Below are positions 25,613 through 35,664 of a DNA stretch of 64,000 bases, piece by piece (positions within the stretch are counted from its first letter, which is position 1; each line of letters starts with the position of its first letter). Source of the DNA: Candidatus Sericytochromatia bacterium. Lineage in GTDB: Bacteria > Cyanobacteriota > Sericytochromatia > S15B-MN24 > UBA4093. The translations under genes and the position numbers were made by a program. The notes under the pieces were generated by a model. That model worked only from the letters and a program-made list of their open reading frames with translations, searched no databases and was not told where the DNA came from. The stretch is taken from the NCBI GenBank assembly GCA_036676495.1, contig JAKFCT010000028.1, positions 96,001 to 160,000 of the forward strand, read 5' to 3'.

Positions 25613-27025
25613 CTAGCGTCCGCCGACCACGATCTCGCTCACCCGCAGGGGCGGCTGACCGACCGTGACCGGAATGGATCCCGAGATCGACCCGCACATC
25701 CCCTCGGCCAGGGCCAGGTCGCGGCCCACCATGTCGATCTTCATGAGGATGTCCGCCCCGTTCCCGATCAGGGTGGCGCCGCGCACGGGCTCGGCGATCT
25801 TGCCGTCGCGAATCATGTAGGCCTCGCGCACGGAGAAGTTGAAGTCTCCCGTGCCCGGCGAGACCGAACCGCCTCCCATCCGCTTGGCGTAGAGGCCGTA
25901 AGGCACCGAGGCGAGCAGCTCGTCGAGGCTGTACTCGCCCGGGGCGATGAAGGTGTTGCGCATCCGCGAGGTCGGAGCGTAGCGGTACGACTCGCGCCGT
26001 CCCGAGCCGGTGGGCGTGTAGCCCGTCTTGCGCGCGCCCAGCTTGTCGACCATGTAGGAGGTCAGGATGCCGTTCGAGATGAGGGTGGTCTTCTGGGTGG
26101 GAGCTCCCTCGTCGTCGATGGCCAGCGAGCCCCAGGCGCCGTCGATGGTCCCGTCGTCGAGCGCGGTCACCGCCGAGTGTGCGATCTGCTGGCCGAGCTT
26201 GCCCGCCAGCACCGAGGCTCCCGTCGCGACCGAGGTCGTCTCCAGCAGGTGCCCGCAAGCCTCATGGAAGATCACTCCCCCGAAGCCGTTGTCGATCACC
26301 ACGGGCATCTTGCCCGACGGCGCGTAGCCGGCCTTCAGCATCGTGAGGGCGACCTGGGCCACCCGCTCGGCGAGGTCCTCGACGTCGAGCCCCTCGATGA
26401 ACTCGAAGCCCTGAAGGGCACCGGGGCTCTCGGAGGCCGTCTGGAACTCGCCGTCCCCGGTGGCGATCGCCGACAGGTTGAAGCGGATGTAAGGCCGCAC
26501 GTCCGTCGCCCAGAGCCCTTCCGAGTTGGCGATCAGCACGTGCTGAAGCTGCTCCGACAGGGAGATGTCCACCTGGGAGATCTCGGCCCCCACCGCCCGC
26601 GCGGCCTTGTCGGCCCGCTCGAAAAGCGCGATCTTGCGCTCGGCGCTGATCCCGAAGGGACTCTTGTAGAGCGCCAGCGTCCGCTCGGGGGCAGGCTCGG
26701 CCAGAGGGGCGCGGGTATGGCGCTCCGGGGCCTGATGGGTCTGGCTCACGGCTTTCGCGAGCGCCAAGAGGCCCTCGCGCGACAGGTCGTTGGTATGGGC
26801 GTACACCGCGCGGGTGCCGTAGAAGGCCCGCACGCCGGCCCCGCGGGAATGCCCCGAGGCCGCGTTCTTGATCCGGCTGTCCAGGAAGCTCAACCCCGCG
26901 GTCTGGCGATCCTCGACGAAGATCTCGGCGAAGTCCGCGCCACCCGTGAGGGCCATGTCGATCACGTCCCCGGCGAGTTGCCGATCGATCAACGCCTCCG
27001 CCAGGCTCGTGGATTTTGCGGTCAT
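25613..27025 (-). CDS. tldD: TldD metalloprotease
   Basis: GADFAEIFVE, FHEACGH, DDEG, TGSGRRESY..P.SRMRNT and GMCGS..G.IPV..GQP motifs; SD AAGGAGG before ATG 27025. Confidence 0.93.
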   Translation of the reverse strand: MTAKSTSLAEALIDRQLAGDVIDMALTGGADFAEIFVEDRQTAGLSFLDSRIKNAASGHSRGAGVRAFYGTRAVYAHTNDLSREGLLALAKAVSQTHQAPERHTRAPLAEPAPERTLALYKSPFGISAERKIALFERADKAARAVGAEISQVDISLSEQLQHVLIANSEGLWATDVRPYIRFNLSAIATGDGEFQTASESPGALQGFEFIEGLDVEDLAERVAQVALTMLKAGYAPSGKMPVVIDNGFGGVIFHEACGHLLETTSVATGASVLAGKLGQQIAHSAVTALDDGTIDGAWGSLAIDDEGAPTQKTTLISNGILTSYMVDKLGARKTGYTPTGSGRRESYRYAPTSRMRNTFIAPGEYSLDELLASVPYGLYAKRMGGGSVSPGTGDFNFSVREAYMIRDGKIAEPVRGATLIGNGADILMKIDMVGRDLALAEGMCGSISGSIPVTVGQPPLRVSEIVVGGR

Positions 27026-27135
27026 GAGGGCCTCCTTTGCTCCGAACATCACTGAAAACCCCATGTTACCACGCCCTGCCGGACCCTTGGCTGATTGGCT
27101 AACTTGGGGTTAAGATGATCCCTGAAGGAGTCACC

Positions 27136-28641
27136 ATGATGCAGATTCAGGCCACCCAATCCCCGGTAAACACCCTCGCCACCGATGCCCTCCTCGTGGG
27201 CGTCTTCGCCGAAGCCCCCCTGGAAGGCGCGATCGCCGCTCTCGACGAAACCCTGGGAGGTGCCATCGCCGCCCTGAGCCGAGACCTCCCCTTCAAGGCC
27301 GAGGTCGGCGAATCCGAGACCCTCTTCCGCCCCAGCGGCATCAAGGCCAAGCGACTCATCGTCGTCGGCCTCGGCAAGCAGCCGGATCTCACCTCCGAGA
27401 CCCTTCGCAAGGCCTTCGGTGAAGCCATCCAGGGCCTGATCGGCACCCCGGTCTCCAAGGCCGCCCTCCTCCTGGACGGCGTCGGCCCGCTCGGCTGGGA
27501 GAAAGCCGCCTCGGCCGCCATCGAGGCCGTCGTGCTCGGCAGCTACCGCTACAAGCGTTACCTCACCTCCGGCAAGGACGAGCACCGGGCTCCCGAAGCC
27601 CTCACCCTGCTCGTCCCCAAGAACGGGGACCTGAAGGCCGCCAAGGCCGGCGCCGAACGGGCCCGCCTGGTCTGCGAAGCGGCCAACTGGGTTCGCGACC
27701 TGGTGAACACCCCCGGCGGCGACCTCACGGCCTCCGACCTGGCCGCCGAAGCCCGCGGCATGGCCGAATCGCGCGGCATCACCTGCAAGGTGCTCGGCAA
27801 GAAGGAGCTTGAAAAGCAAGGCTTCGGCGCCCTCCTCGGCGTCAACCAGGGCTCGACCGAGCCTCCCGCCTTCATCATCCTGGAGTATCGGGGTGGCAAG
27901 AAGTCGGACAAGCCCGTCGTGCTCGTCGGCAAGGGCGTGACCTTCGATACCGGCGGCCTCTGCATCAAGCCCGCCAAGGGCATGGAAGAGATGAAGACCG
28001 ACATGGGCGGCGCCGGCGCCGTGCTCGGCACCCTGCGGGCCGCCGCGGACCTCAAGCTCCCCGTCAACCTCGTCGGCCTCATCCCCTCCACCGACAACAT
28101 GCCCAGCGGCAGCGCCCTGAAGCCCGGCGACGTCGTCAAGACCTACAACGGCATGACCATGGAGATCGTCGATACCGACGCCGAAGGCCGCGTCATCCTC
28201 TCGGATGCCCTCGGCTACGCCGCCAAGAACTACGACGCCAAGGCCATCATCGACCTGGCCACCCTGACGGGCTCGATCATCGTCTCCCTCGGCATGCACG
28301 TCACCGGCATGTTCGGCAAAGACAAGGATCAGGCCCTCCTGGACCGGATCTACGCCATCGGCCAGGAGACCGGCGAAAAGGTCTGGCAGATGCCCACCTG
28401 GGACGTCTACGAGGACCTGGTCAAGTCCGAGATCGCCGACGTGAAGAACTCCGACCCGCGCCGGGGGGATGCGATCGCCGCCGCCATGCTGCTCGGCAAG
28501 TTCGTGGGGGACCAAACCTGGGTCCACCTCGACATCGCGGGCCCTTCCTGGGCTGAATCCCCCAAGGCCTACTATGATGCCGGGGCGACGGGGCACGGAG
28601 TGCGCCTGCTGACCGAGCTCCTGCGGAACTGGGAAGCCTAG
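27136..28641 (+). CDS. pepA: Cytosol leucyl aminopeptidase (M17)
   Basis: VGKGVTFDTGG, MKTDMGGA, DTDAEGR, IDLATLTG and WVHLDIAG motifs. Confidence 0.95.
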   Translation: MMQIQATQSPVNTLATDALLVGVFAEAPLEGAIAALDETLGGAIAALSRDLPFKAEVGESETLFRPSGIKAKRLIVVGLGKQPDLTSETLRKAFGEAIQGLIGTPVSKAALLLDGVGPLGWEKAASAAIEAVVLGSYRYKRYLTSGKDEHRAPEALTLLVPKNGDLKAAKAGAERARLVCEAANWVRDLVNTPGGDLTASDLAAEARGMAESRGITCKVLGKKELEKQGFGALLGVNQGSTEPPAFIILEYRGGKKSDKPVVLVGKGVTFDTGGLCIKPAKGMEEMKTDMGGAGAVLGTLRAAADLKLPVNLVGLIPSTDNMPSGSALKPGDVVKTYNGMTMEIVDTDAEGRVILSDALGYAAKNYDAKAIIDLATLTGSIIVSLGMHVTGMFGKDKDQALLDRIYAIGQETGEKVWQMPTWDVYEDLVKSEIADVKNSDPRRGDAIAAAMLLGKFVGDQTWVHLDIAGPSWAESPKAYYDAGATGHGVRLLTELLRNWEA

Positions 28642-28649
28642 ACACCCCC

Positions 28650-28677
28650 GACGGGCGACGCGATGGCGTCGCCCGTC
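28650..28677 (+). terminator. Hairpin after pepA
   Basis: GACGGGCGACGC-GATG-GCGTCGCCCGTC; no U-tract. Confidence 0.45.
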
Positions 28678-28779
28678 ACCGTTCAAGGGGTGGGCCGGAT
28701 CGCCCCCCTCCCCGAGCCAACGCCCGTGGCCCCGCTGCGAATCGCGGTGACCCGGGTAAATAGGCCCCAGGGGGAATGT

Positions 28780-30042
28780 ATGCCGCAAAACACGCCGACC
28801 CAGAAACCGATCGCCGCTCCGCCCGGCACCCGAAACGCCGCCACCGGAACGGAGCCAGCAGACACGCGCATCCTGAGCCTCGACGTCCTGAGGGGGGTGG
28901 CGCTTCTCGGCATCCTGATCGTCAACATGCGCCACTTCGCCACTCCGGCGCTCTACCTGGCCGGAGCCCCGCGAGACGGCGCCTTGCCGCTCGATCGCCT
29001 CGTGGACGGCCTGATCGCCGTCTTCGCACAAGGCAAGTTCTTTCCCCTGTTCTCGTTTCTCTTCGGGCTCGGACTCGCCCTTCAACTGATCCGCTGGGAA
29101 GCCAAGGGCATCCCCACCACGCGCCGCTTCATCCGACGCCTTGGCGTCCTGCTCGGCATCGGCCTCCTCCACGCGACCGTCATCTGGTCCGGCGATATCC
29201 TCGCCAAGTATGCCGCCCTGGGCCTGATCTTCCTGGTCGCGCTGAAACTCCCCCCACGCCTCTTGCTCGCAGGCTCCGCCGCCCTCCTCGCGATCCCGGT
29301 GCTCCTCACCGGCTCGGGACTCGAGGACCGCCTGGCGTCCCTCGCCGGCTTCTCCACCGCCCCCGCGGACCTCCAGGTGCTCGCCGACCGCTCCATGGCC
29401 GCCTACGGAAGCGGCTCCTTCGCCGAGATGACCCGCCAGCGCCTGACGGACTTCACCTTCCGTCTCGTCCACTGGCCCTACCTCTCCGGACTTCTCACCA
29501 TCCTCAGCATGTTCTGCCTGGGCGCCTACGCCGGACGCCGGGGCCTCTTCGAGCCCCCGCTGGCGGGACGCTTCCGCACGATCCTGCTCGCGAGCCTGGG
29601 AGTCTTCGCGGCCTCCCTGGCAGCCTTCGCCGCGTCGCGCGGCCTGCCGGCGCTCGCCGTCCCCCCGGTCCTTAAGACCCTTCACCTCGCCGGAAACCTC
29701 TCCATGACCGCGTTCTACGTCGCGGGGCTGGTCCTGCTGCTCGAAAGCGCCCCCTGGCGCTCATGGCTCAGCCCCTTTGCTTCGGCCGGACGCATGGCGC
29801 TCACCAACTACCTGCTCCAATCGCTGCTGGCCACGGCCATCTTTTATGGCACCGGCCTTTACGGCCGGCTCGGCTCCGCCGCCTGTCTCGGCTTGACCCT
29901 CGCCATCTTCGTCTTTCAAGTCCTGTTGAGCCGCTATTGGCTCGAACACTTCCGCTTCGGCCCCCTCGAATGGCTCTGGCGCTGGGCGACCTACGGCGAA
30001 CGGCCCGAGATGCGCCGCAAACAGCCGACAAGCGCCGCATGA
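28780..30042 (+). CDS. DUF418/YeiB-like membrane protein
   Basis: RILSLDVLRGVALLGIL, GKFFPLFSFLFG, GRMALTNYLLQS and FRFGPLEWLWR motifs. Confidence 0.9.
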   Translation: MPQNTPTQKPIAAPPGTRNAATGTEPADTRILSLDVLRGVALLGILIVNMRHFATPALYLAGAPRDGALPLDRLVDGLIAVFAQGKFFPLFSFLFGLGLALQLIRWEAKGIPTTRRFIRRLGVLLGIGLLHATVIWSGDILAKYAALGLIFLVALKLPPRLLLAGSAALLAIPVLLTGSGLEDRLASLAGFSTAPADLQVLADRSMAAYGSGSFAEMTRQRLTDFTFRLVHWPYLSGLLTILSMFCLGAYAGRRGLFEPPLAGRFRTILLASLGVFAASLAAFAASRGLPALAVPPVLKTLHLAGNLSMTAFYVAGLVLLLESAPWRSWLSPFASAGRMALTNYLLQSLLATAIFYGTGLYGRLGSAACLGLTLAIFVFQVLLSRYWLEHFRFGPLEWLWRWATYGERPEMRRKQPTSAA

Positions 30043-30047
30043 ACGAG

Positions 30048-30075
30048 GAAGACCCGCCGGAGCCGGCGGGTCTTC
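30048..30075. terminator. Bidirectional hairpin terminator
   Basis: GAAGACCCGCCGG-AG-CCGGCGGGTCTTC between convergent genes. Confidence 0.7.
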
Positions 30076-30101
30076 GTGTGAAAGTGGATCGGCCTTGGAG
30101 G

Positions 30102-30494
30102 CTAGAGCGGGGTCGGCTTGCCGGAGCCATCGATCGCCACGAAGATCGTCTCCGCCTCGGTCACCTTGACCACGATATCCGGATTCGAGGCGCGCTGGGC
30201 CTCGACGCAGACCGCCACCGTGATGGACGTCCGCCCCTTCTTGACCAGCGTGGCGTAGAAGCTCACGGTATCCCCCACGAAAACCGGCTCATGGAAGACA
30301 ATCTCCCGCATTGCCACGGTCACGATCTTGTTTCGGGTATGCCGCTGGGCCTCCACGGCCCCCGCAAGGTCGATGTAGCTCATGATGACCCCACCGAAGA
30401 TGGTTCCCTGAGCATTGGTATCCTTGGGAAGCAGCATGACGCGGATGGCGGGCTGCAATTCGGCATTACGGCTGGATGGCGACGACTCGGACAT
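30102..30494 (-). CDS. Acyl-CoA thioesterase (hotdog fold, YciA-like)
   Basis: PKDTNAQGTIFGG..MSYIDLAG, VTVA, F.EPV.VGD and GRTSI motifs. Confidence 0.9.
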   Translation of the reverse strand: MSESSPSSRNAELQPAIRVMLLPKDTNAQGTIFGGVIMSYIDLAGAVEAQRHTRNKIVTVAMREIVFHEPVFVGDTVSFYATLVKKGRTSITVAVCVEAQRASNPDIVVKVTEAETIFVAIDGSGKPTPL

Positions 30495-30599
30495 GGATTC
30501 CCTCCGTTTCTGGTTGAACGCCCCCATGATAGCAAATCGGCGCCGTAACGCCATTCTCCGGCGGATGCGCTAGAATGATCCTCCAGGAAAGGAGTCCCC

Positions 30600-31226
30600 A
30601 TGATCGTCGAAACCCTGGCCGTCGGACCTCTCGGCTGCAATTGCACCATTCTCGGCTGCCCCGAAACCCGCAAAGCCATCGTGGTCGATCCCGGGGGGGA
30701 CGCCGAGCGGATCGCCGCCGTGCTCGACCGGCACGGCCTCAAACCGGTCGCCGCCTTCCACACGCATGCGCACTTCGATCACGTGCTGGCCACTCCCGAG
30801 CTCAAAGCACGCTACGGGCTGGAAATATACCTCCATGCCGACGACCTCCCCCTCTACGAGAACCTCGCCATGCAGGGCGCCTTCTTCGGCTTCTCGCTTC
30901 CCGACCCCCTTCCGGTCGATCGCTTCGTCGCCGACCGGGAGGACCTGGCCGTCGGCTCCGAGCACGGAGAGGTGATCCACACGCCGGGACACACGCCGGG
31001 GTCGATCTGCTTCCACGTCGGTTCCGAAAAGCTGCTGCTCACCGGGGACACGCTCTTCGCCGGAGGCGTCGGCCGCACCGACCTCTGGGGCGGCTCGGAA
31101 GCCTCCCTGATGCGCTCCATTCACGAGCGCCTGCTGACGCTGGATCCCATGACCCGGGTCATCCCCGGCCACGGCCCCGAGACCACCCTGGGCGAAGAAG
31201 CCCGGAGCAATCCCTTCCTCCGCTGA
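30600..31226 (+). CDS. MBL-fold metallo-hydrolase (glyoxalase II/YcbL-like)
   Basis: THAHFDH, HTPGHTPG, TGDTLF and PGHGPETT motifs. Confidence 0.92.
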   Translation: MIVETLAVGPLGCNCTILGCPETRKAIVVDPGGDAERIAAVLDRHGLKPVAAFHTHAHFDHVLATPELKARYGLEIYLHADDLPLYENLAMQGAFFGFSLPDPLPVDRFVADREDLAVGSEHGEVIHTPGHTPGSICFHVGSEKLLLTGDTLFAGGVGRTDLWGGSEASLMRSIHERLLTLDPMTRVIPGHGPETTLGEEARSNPFLR

Positions 31227-31246
31227 ATCTGGGCGAGCCGCGTCCC

Positions 31247-31693
31247 TCAGGGGGCGACGCGGCTCGACTCGCTCACCTCGACGATGGCCTTGAAGCGCTT
31301 CAGGTCATCGTCGATGGCATGGGAGGGATCGCGGCGGAAGGCCTTCGCGACGAGATCCCCGACCACTCCGGCCGGCGTGTGGTAGTACATCGAGACATGA
31401 ACCCGGGTCCGCTGCGGCCCCAGCTCGACGAAGCGAACGACCCCGTCGTTGCGCAACTGCCCGCCGGTCGAGCGCCATGAGATATGATCGTTCTCCACGT
31501 CCTCCATGACTTCGGCGTCCCAATGGACGTTCACTCCCAGGGGAGCATCCGCGATCCAGTGGTAGCGGCCCTCCTCGCCGCGGACCTCCTTCACGTGGCT
31601 CATGAAGCGTGGGAAGTTCCCGAAGTTGGCCCAGAAACGGTAGACGCGCCCGATGGGGGCGTCGACGTCGATCGTCTTATCCACCCGCGACAT
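31247..31693 (-). CDS. SRPBCC/cyclase-dehydrase family protein
   Basis: IDVDAPI..VY.FW.NF.NFPRFM.HV..V; WDAE; ISWRS; DLKRFK. Confidence 0.85.
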   Translation of the reverse strand: MSRVDKTIDVDAPIGRVYRFWANFGNFPRFMSHVKEVRGEEGRYHWIADAPLGVNVHWDAEVMEDVENDHISWRSTGGQLRNDGVVRFVELGPQRTRVHVSMYYHTPAGVVGDLVAKAFRRDPSHAIDDDLKRFKAIVEVSESSRVAP

Positions 31694-31869
31694 GGTTCTC
31701 TCCCTTGCCCGCCTCGCGGGACATGCCCAGCGCCCCCATCTTAGCGCGGGGCTCGGAGATGACAACGGCGCCCCGGCGGGTGTAGCATGGCGTGAATCCA
31801 GCCGCGGGCGCCCATTCAAGCCGCAAGCGCGCCGCCCGCGCGTCCCGCAAGCAATACCAGGAGGAAGCC

Positions 31870-32052
31870 TTGACTCACGTCCACGGTCCCAACTGCAACC
31901 ACGATCACGGCCATTCCCACGGCCATTCGCACGCCCCCTACGTCGCCCCGCCCAAGGTGGGCCGCAACGATCCCTGTCCCTGTGGAAGCGGCAAGAAGCA
32001 CAAGGCCTGCTGCCTGTCCAAGCCTGCCGCCGCCGGGACGCCCCAGGCCTAG
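31870..32052 (+). CDS. Small His-rich SEC-C motif protein
   Basis: SD AGGAGG plus TTG start; [19 protein letters not shown] then [20 protein letters not shown]. Confidence 0.85.
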   Translation: MTHVHGPNCNHDHGHSHGHSHAPYVAPPKVGRNDPCPCGSGKKHKACCLSKPAAAGTPQA

Positions 32053-32059
32053 ATCCGCC

Positions 32060-33583
32060 ATGCAACCGAGCGTCGCCGAGTTCTACCACGAAGCCACCAA
32101 GTACACGCCTGAAGGCTTGGCATCCCATCGACCGAAGATCGACTGGGAGCATCCGCCGCTGCCGTTCAAGCCTTACACGACGGGGAAACGGGTCGATCTC
32201 GCGCAGTACCTTCCCTTCGCCGAGCTGGAGCGCTCCGAGGACGTCCAGGAGGAATGGGAGGCGCTGACCTTCGAGGAGCGCTCCATGGCCGATCTCTCCC
32301 ACTTGCTGTACTTCAGCAACGGGGTGACGGCGGTCGTCCCGTACCCCGAGCGGGAGTTCCTGATGCGCGCGGCCCCGTCCGCCGGGGGGCTCTACCCCAC
32401 GGAGATCTACGTGGCCGCGCGGAACTACCCCGGCCTGTCCGACGGCCTCTACAACTACCAGGTACGCCAGCACGAGCTGATCGGCTTCTGGGAGGGGGAC
32501 GTGCATCGCCGGCTGGCCGACCTCAGCTTCGAGCACCCGGCCGTCGAAGCCTCTGATTTGCTTTTGATCTATACCGGCGTCTTCTTCCGCAGCGCGTGGC
32601 GCTACCAGGACCGCGCCTACCGGCGCATCCTCCTCGACACCGGGCACGTCTGGGGCAACACCGCCATGATGGCACCGTTCTTCGGGCGCGAGGCTTTCCC
32701 CCTGGGAGGCTTTCAGGATGACGCCCTGGAAGATTTGCTCTTCCTGGAACGCCACGTGGAGTCCGGGCTGCTGATGCTCTCCCTGCCCCGCCAGGAGCGC
32801 GTCACCGCGGCCGTGCGCGAGGCGGCCCCGGCGCTGCCCTCGCCGGTACGCCGCGACCCCCGCCACGCTCCGGAAGGGGAGCGCCACTGGGACCTGCATG
32901 ACGCCTCCCGGATCACGGCGCCCCCGTCGAAACACGACGCCCCGGCCCCCGCGACCACGCGGCCCTCATTCGGATTTGCCGAAAGCCTCGAAGCCCCGGC
33001 CATCAACTGGAACGAGGCCCTGGGAGACACGATCGTCCTGCGCCGCTCGACGCGGGCCTACTCCGGCCGGGAAATCGCCCGCGAACAACTCGCTCAGGTG
33101 CTCGACTTCGCCTACCGCCCGGAAGGCGCGAGCGATCCCCGGATCGCGACGCCTCCGCGCCTTTTGGCCCCCGAGTTGCTGCAGACCTACGTGGCGGTCA
33201 ACGCCGTCGAGGGACTGGACCCGGGGTGTTACCACTACGATCCGACGCGGCGCGAGCTGCGCCAGGTGCGCTTCACGGGGCTGGCCATGGAGATCGAGTA
33301 CCTCTGTCTCGGCCAGGAGCTCGGGGGGAAGGCGGCGGCCGTGGTCTTCCACACCACCCACCTCCCGCGCGCCGTCGCCCGCTACGGGGAGCGCGCCTAC
33401 CGTTACGTTCACCTCGATGCCGGCCACCTGGGCGAGCGCATGAGCATCGCCGCCATGCGGCTGGGGCTGGGTGCCAGCGGCATCGGCGGCTTCTTCGACG
33501 ATCGCGTCAACGATCTGCTCGGGATTCCCGCCGAGGAAGCGACCGTTTACCTCACCACCTTGGGGCAGCCCAGCGCCATTTGA
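32060..33583 (+). CDS. SagB/ThcOx-family double nitroreductase-fold dehydrogenase
   Basis: YHEATK, RAAPSAGGLYP, RSAWRY..RAYR...LDTGH; second domain RRSTRAY...YGERAYRY.HLDAGH...GIGGFFDD. Confidence 0.88.
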   Translation: MQPSVAEFYHEATKYTPEGLASHRPKIDWEHPPLPFKPYTTGKRVDLAQYLPFAELERSEDVQEEWEALTFEERSMADLSHLLYFSNGVTAVVPYPEREFLMRAAPSAGGLYPTEIYVAARNYPGLSDGLYNYQVRQHELIGFWEGDVHRRLADLSFEHPAVEASDLLLIYTGVFFRSAWRYQDRAYRRILLDTGHVWGNTAMMAPFFGREAFPLGGFQDDALEDLLFLERHVESGLLMLSLPRQERVTAAVREAAPALPSPVRRDPRHAPEGERHWDLHDASRITAPPSKHDAPAPATTRPSFGFAESLEAPAINWNEALGDTIVLRRSTRAYSGREIAREQLAQVLDFAYRPEGASDPRIATPPRLLAPELLQTYVAVNAVEGLDPGCYHYDPTRRELRQVRFTGLAMEIEYLCLGQELGGKAAAVVFHTTHLPRAVARYGERAYRYVHLDAGHLGERMSIAAMRLGLGASGIGGFFDDRVNDLLGIPAEEATVYLTTLGQPSAI

Positions 33584-33675
33584 TCGCTCCGAGTTGGGCG
33601 GGGAGGTTGCGGTTGCCGCTTGTCACGCCCCGCCCCTCCGCCTAGAGTCGAGTCAGAGCGAAAGGAGGGGGCCCC

Positions 33676-33987
33676 ATGGAGAACGTCTTGGTTCCAATCT
33701 GGATCGCGATCGTGGGGGGCTTCGCCTTGGCGGGAATCTTCATCCTCGGGGTCATGGGCGTGGTCTCGTTCTTCCGCGCATGGGAGCGCGGCGAGCCCGA
33801 GTTCAGCTCGTCGATGCCGCTCCAGGGTCCCGAGCGCTCTCCCTTGCACAGCGTGGAGGCTCGGATCGCCCGCGGGGATCTCAGCGAGCGCGACATGCAG
33901 GAGATGCGCGAGCACGTCGAGGGCTTGGTTCGGCGTCGCGAGGCGGATCGGCAGCGCATCGAGGGGCGCAACCCGCCCAGGGGCTAG
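33676..33987 (+). CDS. Hypothetical single-pass membrane protein
   Basis: SD AAGGAGG; N-terminal TM; charged helical tail. Confidence 0.65.
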   Translation: MENVLVPIWIAIVGGFALAGIFILGVMGVVSFFRAWERGEPEFSSSMPLQGPERSPLHSVEARIARGDLSERDMQEMREHVEGLVRRREADRQRIEGRNPPRG

Positions 33988-34041
33988 GCGGACGATCGTT
34001 CGTGATCAGCGCACTTGTTCATGCCGCGGTCCTGACCGAGA

Positions 34042-35298
34042 ATGGATCGCATGCGTGAACCTGCGAAGCTCTCTCCGTCTCAAGCCTCTCCGCTGGTTTG
34101 GCGCCTCGCCGGCGCCAGCCTCGGCTACCTGCTGCTCGCGCGCACGCTGACCTGGACCGGCTTGCCGAGTGAGTCCGCATGCTGGCTGGCGGGCCTGGGC
34201 ATGACCCTGGGCATGACGCTCCTGCCAGCGGGCAAATTCCTGCGTCCGAGCTCTCCCGGCGCCAAGCATGCCCGGCGCTTCGCGCAGCTCGCGCGGCGCA
34301 GCGCCGACCTGCCCAGCCTCAACCTGGCGATTATCGAGGCTTTCCGCCAGGCGACAAAGGCCGATCGGCTCTTTCTCTGGCTTCCTCCTGCCGGCGACGC
34401 CAGCTTCCATCTGACGGCCGGCATCGGCCCGACGCCGGAAACCATGGTCATCCCCGAATTCTCCCTGCGGTCTTGGCTGGAGGCGGGTCCCGCCCGCCCG
34501 AGACTCGTCCCTCCCATGGGCAGTCCGGATCTGCTCGATCAGCTGCTCATCAGCCTCGGGGCCAGTGCGTGCATCCCCCTGGTCTTGCACGGCCGTCCCA
34601 TCGGCTTGCTCACCTTGGGCCGCCAGTCGGGGCGACCGTTTCAAGCGCGAGAGCTCAAGGACGTCGAGGCTCTGAGCGCACAGGCGGCCTTCGCCCTGGG
34701 GCCGTACCAGCTGCACGAAGAGCAAAAGCTCCATCTCTCCAAGCTGGAGGCCGTTTCCCGGCTCTACCTCGACGCGCAAAAGAAGGCCGTCACCGACGGT
34801 TTGACCGGCCTCATCACCCATGCCCACTTCAAGGAGCAGCTCGCCAGCCGCTTCTACGAGGCGCGCCGGTTCAACCAGCCCTTGTCCCTGATGTTCATCG
34901 ACATCGACCATTTCAAGCGCATCAACGACACGTACGGTCATCAGACCGGCGACGAGGTCCTGCGGCAGGTTTGCCGGGTGATCCAGGAGCGCGTTCGGGC
35001 CTGTGACGTCGCGGCCCGCTACGGCGGCGAAGAGATCGCCGTGCTCTTGCCCCAGACCGACCTGCCCGGGGCGATGATCCTCGCGGAGCGGATGCGGGAG
35101 GCCATCAGCGATCTCTCGGTCACGGATCTTCGGGGTCAAGCGATCGTTTCGGTGACCGCCTCGCTGGGGGTCTCCGAACTCGAGCCCGACGATCAGGCGC
35201 CCGCCGACCTGATCGAACGCTCTGACCAGGCGGTCTATCGGGCCAAGCACCGGGGACGCAACCAAGTCGTCCAGTGGGCCCCCTCCTTGCTCGTCTAG
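34042..35298 (+). CDS. Membrane-anchored GAF-GGDEF diguanylate cyclase
   Basis: Two N-terminal TM segments; GAF-like segment; TDGLTGL, DIDHFKRINDTYGH, RACD I-site and RYGGEEI. Confidence 0.9.
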   Translation: MDRMREPAKLSPSQASPLVWRLAGASLGYLLLARTLTWTGLPSESACWLAGLGMTLGMTLLPAGKFLRPSSPGAKHARRFAQLARRSADLPSLNLAIIEAFRQATKADRLFLWLPPAGDASFHLTAGIGPTPETMVIPEFSLRSWLEAGPARPRLVPPMGSPDLLDQLLISLGASACIPLVLHGRPIGLLTLGRQSGRPFQARELKDVEALSAQAAFALGPYQLHEEQKLHLSKLEAVSRLYLDAQKKAVTDGLTGLITHAHFKEQLASRFYEARRFNQPLSLMFIDIDHFKRINDTYGHQTGDEVLRQVCRVIQERVRACDVAARYGGEEIAVLLPQTDLPGAMILAERMREAISDLSVTDLRGQAIVSVTASLGVSELEPDDQAPADLIERSDQAVYRAKHRGRNQVVQWAPSLLV

Positions 35299-35343
35299 CC
35301 GCCAGGCTGTAGACTCTTGGAGCTTCATTCAAGGAGGGTCATC

Positions 35344-35664
35344 ATGTTCGGATCCGATCCCGGAATTCCCGAGGTCTCGCCGCAAGAGGTCCAGTCGCGC
35401 CTCGCCTCCCCGGAGCCCCCCATGGTGCTCGACGTCCGCGAGCCGGACGAGTACCAGGAAGGCCATATCCCGGGCAGCAAGCTGATCCCCTTGGGGACGC
35501 TGGGCAATCACCTCGACGCGCTGCCCAAGGACCAGCCGATCATCGTCGTTTGCCGCTCGGGCGGACGCAGCGGCCAGGCCACCCAGTACCTCGTCCAGGC
35601 CGGTTATCAGCCCTTCAACATGGTGGGCGGCATGCTGAGCTGGCAAGGTCCCGTCGAGCGCTAA
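35344..35664 (+). CDS. Rhodanese-like sulfurtransferase
   Basis: LDVREPDEY..GHIPG; CRSGGRS active loop; GGMLSW. Confidence 0.9.
   Translation: MFGSDPGIPEVSPQEVQSRLASPEPPMVLDVREPDEYQEGHIPGSKLIPLGTLGNHLDALPKDQPIIVVCRSGGRSGQATQYLVQAGYQPFNMVGGMLSWQGPVER

Noticed and set aside
22579-33583. Azole-RiPP (microcin B17-like) cluster from TldD/E, SagB and Gly/Cys-rich ORFs
   Set aside because: No YcaO cyclodehydratase or E1-like partner; the genes are scattered among housekeeping genes on both strands; the Gly-rich ORF is a lipoprotein
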